DNA of 64,000 bases from the NCBI GenBank assembly GCA_964016885.1, contig OZ024756.1, forward strand, positions 43,090,001-43,154,000. The letters run 5' to 3'. This document shows positions 62,286 to 64,000 of the stretch, in pieces. Origin of the DNA: Eledone cirrhosa. Its lineage: Eukaryota. The position numbers and the translations under genes are program-made. Positions within the stretch are counted from its first letter, which is position 1; each line of letters opens with the position of its first letter. The notes below the pieces were generated by a model. It did not search any database. It was not told where the DNA came from and saw only the letters and a list, made by a program, of their open reading frames with translations.

Positions 62286-64000
62286 ACACTAGAGATAAAC
62301 ATTAGACACGCACTAGAGACAGACATTGGACACACACTAGAGACAGACATTGGACACACACACGAAATACGGACATTGGACACACACTAGAGACAGACGT
62401 TAGACACACTAGAGACAGACATTGGACACACACTAGAGACAGACATTGGACACACACTAGAGACAGACATTGGACACACACCAGAGACAGACATTAGACA
62501 CACACTAGAGACAGACATTGTACACACACTAGAGACAGACATTGGACACACACGAGAGACAGACATTAGACACACACTAGAGACAGACATTGGACACACA
62601 CTGGAGACAGACATTAGACACTCACTAGAGACAGACATTGGACACACACTAGATACAGATATTGGACACACACTAGAGACAGACATTGGACATACACTAG
62701 AGACAGACATTGGACACACACTAGAGACAGACATTAGACACGCACTAGAGACAGACATTGGACACACACTAGAGACAGACATTGGACACACACACGAAAT
62801 ACGGACATTGGACACACACTAGAGACAGACATTAGACACACACTAGAGACAGCCATTGGACACACACTAGAGACAGACATCGGACACACACTAGAGACAG
62901 ACATTAGACACACACTAGAGACAGACATTGGACACACTAGAGACAGACATTGGACACACACTAGAGACAGACATTGGACACACACTAGAGACAGACATTG
63001 GACACACACTAGAGACAGGCATTGGACACACACTAAAGAGAGACATGGGACACGCACTAGAGACAGACATTGGACACACACTAGAGACTGACATTAGACA
63101 CACACTAGAGACAGACATTGTACACACACTAGAGACAGACATTGGACACACACTAGAGACAGACATTAGACACGCACTAGAGACAGACATTGGACACACA
63201 CTAGAGACAGACATTGGACACACACACGAAATACGGACATTGGACACACACTAGAGACAGACATTAGACACACACTAGAGACAGCCATTGGACACACACT
63301 AGAGACAGACATTGGACACACACTAGAGACAGACATTAGACACACACTAGAGACAGACATTGGACACACTAGAGACAGACATTGGACACACACTAGAGAC
63401 AGACATTGGACACATACTAGAAACAGACATTGGACACACACTAGAGACAGACATTGGACACACACTAGAGACAGACATTGGACACACACTAGAGACAGGC
63501 ATTGGACACACACTAAAGAGAGACATTGGACACGCACTAGAGACAGACATTGGACACACACTAGAGACTGACATTAGACACACATTAGAGACAGACATTG
63601 TACACACACTAGAGACAGACATTGGACACACACTAGAGACAGACATTGGACACACACTAGAGATAAACATTCGACACGCACTAGAGACAGACATTGGACA
63701 CACACTAGAGACAGACATTGGACACACACACGAAATACGGACATTGGACACACACTAGAGACGGACATTAGACACACACTAGAGACAGACATTGGACACA
63801 CACTAGAGACAGACATTGGACACACACTAGAGACAGACATTAGTCACACACTAGAGACAGACATTGGACACACACTAGAAACAGACATTGGACACACACT
63901 AGAGACAGACATTTGACACACACTAGAGACTGACATTGGACACACACAAGAGACAGACATTGGACACACACTAGAGACTGACATTGGACACACACAAGAG
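62285..64000 (+). repeat. Third copy of the 1850-bp unit (~52000-53700; offset 10288 bp)
   Basis: ORF pairs 52099/62387, 52446/62734, 52627/62915, 52878/63166, 53059/63347 and 53286/63574. Confidence 0.92.

Larger units (their letters stand above)
1..64000 (+). repeat. Tandem satellite/minisatellite array, 24-bp monomer CTAGAGACAGACATTGGACACACA, ~2,660 head-to-tail copies, running off both window ends
   Basis: The monomer is directly readable in every line from base 1 to 64000. Variants are mostly single substitutions and +/-CA in the (CA)n tract. No inverted copies and no non-repeat sequence were seen. Confidence 0.99.

Noticed and set aside
525-63840. Hundreds of ORFs up to 384 aa (LETDIGHT, TRDRHWTH, MSVSSVCP, CLSLVCVQ repeats)
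   Set aside because: They are by-products of a 24-bp period. They overlap in four frames on both strands, switch frame at every +/-CA slip, and have no unique N- or C-terminal domain. Frequent frameshifting indels argue against coding constraint.
1-64000. CRISPR array or other repeat-spacer system
   Set aside because: The monomer length is CRISPR-like, but monomers abut directly with no unique spacers, leader or cas genes.
1-64000. Telomeric repeat, including long 20-26-bp yeast-type telomerase repeats
   Set aside because: There is no TTAGGG-like G-run motif. The length of at least 64 kb and inherited kb-scale patterns of variants indicate recombinational amplification rather than templated telomerase addition.
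1-64000. Sequencing artefact, synthetic concatemer or rolling-circle product
   Set aside because: Variants are reproducibly shared in nested blocks of differing divergence, as expected of an evolved array rather than random error. Individual near-identical blocks could still be assembly artefacts.
1-64000. Variant monomers as an information-bearing code or diversity-generating cassette system
   Set aside because: All visible pattern is explained by point mutation, CA slippage and block duplication. No recombinase, reverse transcriptase, expression site or target gene is present in the window.

Overview
The whole 64 kb window is one uninterrupted, single-orientation tandem satellite/minisatellite array of about 2,660 copies of a 24-bp monomer, consensus CTAGAGACAGACATTGGACACACA (46% GC; + strand 10 A/6 C/5 G/3 T; no CpG in the consensus). 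I found no unique sequence, transposon, RNA gene, CRISPR spacer or credible protein-coding gene. Every ORF in the track is an 8-residue periodic translation of the repeat (LETDIGHT, TRDRHWTH, MSVSSVCP, CLSLVCVQ) that changes frame wherever a CA dinucleotide is gained or lost. The informative content is the pattern of variant monomers, which reveals nested higher-order structure. The monomer itself looks like two diverged ~12-bp halves. An old ~430-500 bp ordered cassette ends in a highly diverged CGAAATACGG monomer. There is an alternating 2122/1522-bp (3644-bp) HOR at ~15.7-27.2 kb and a ~5.25-kb HOR with a nested 1144-bp duplication at ~27.6-41.8 kb. Tandem duplications of 1850 bp and 1300 bp lie at ~51.8-57.5 kb, and dispersed copies occur at offsets of 5462, ~8.5k, 16379, 8444, 14570 and 10288 bp. 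The array is probably eukaryotic heterochromatic satellite (inference only; the organism cannot be identified). The sequence does not support a new gene-based biological system. Offsets were derived from matching ORF coordinates and marker variants; block boundaries are approximate (about +/-50-100 bp).
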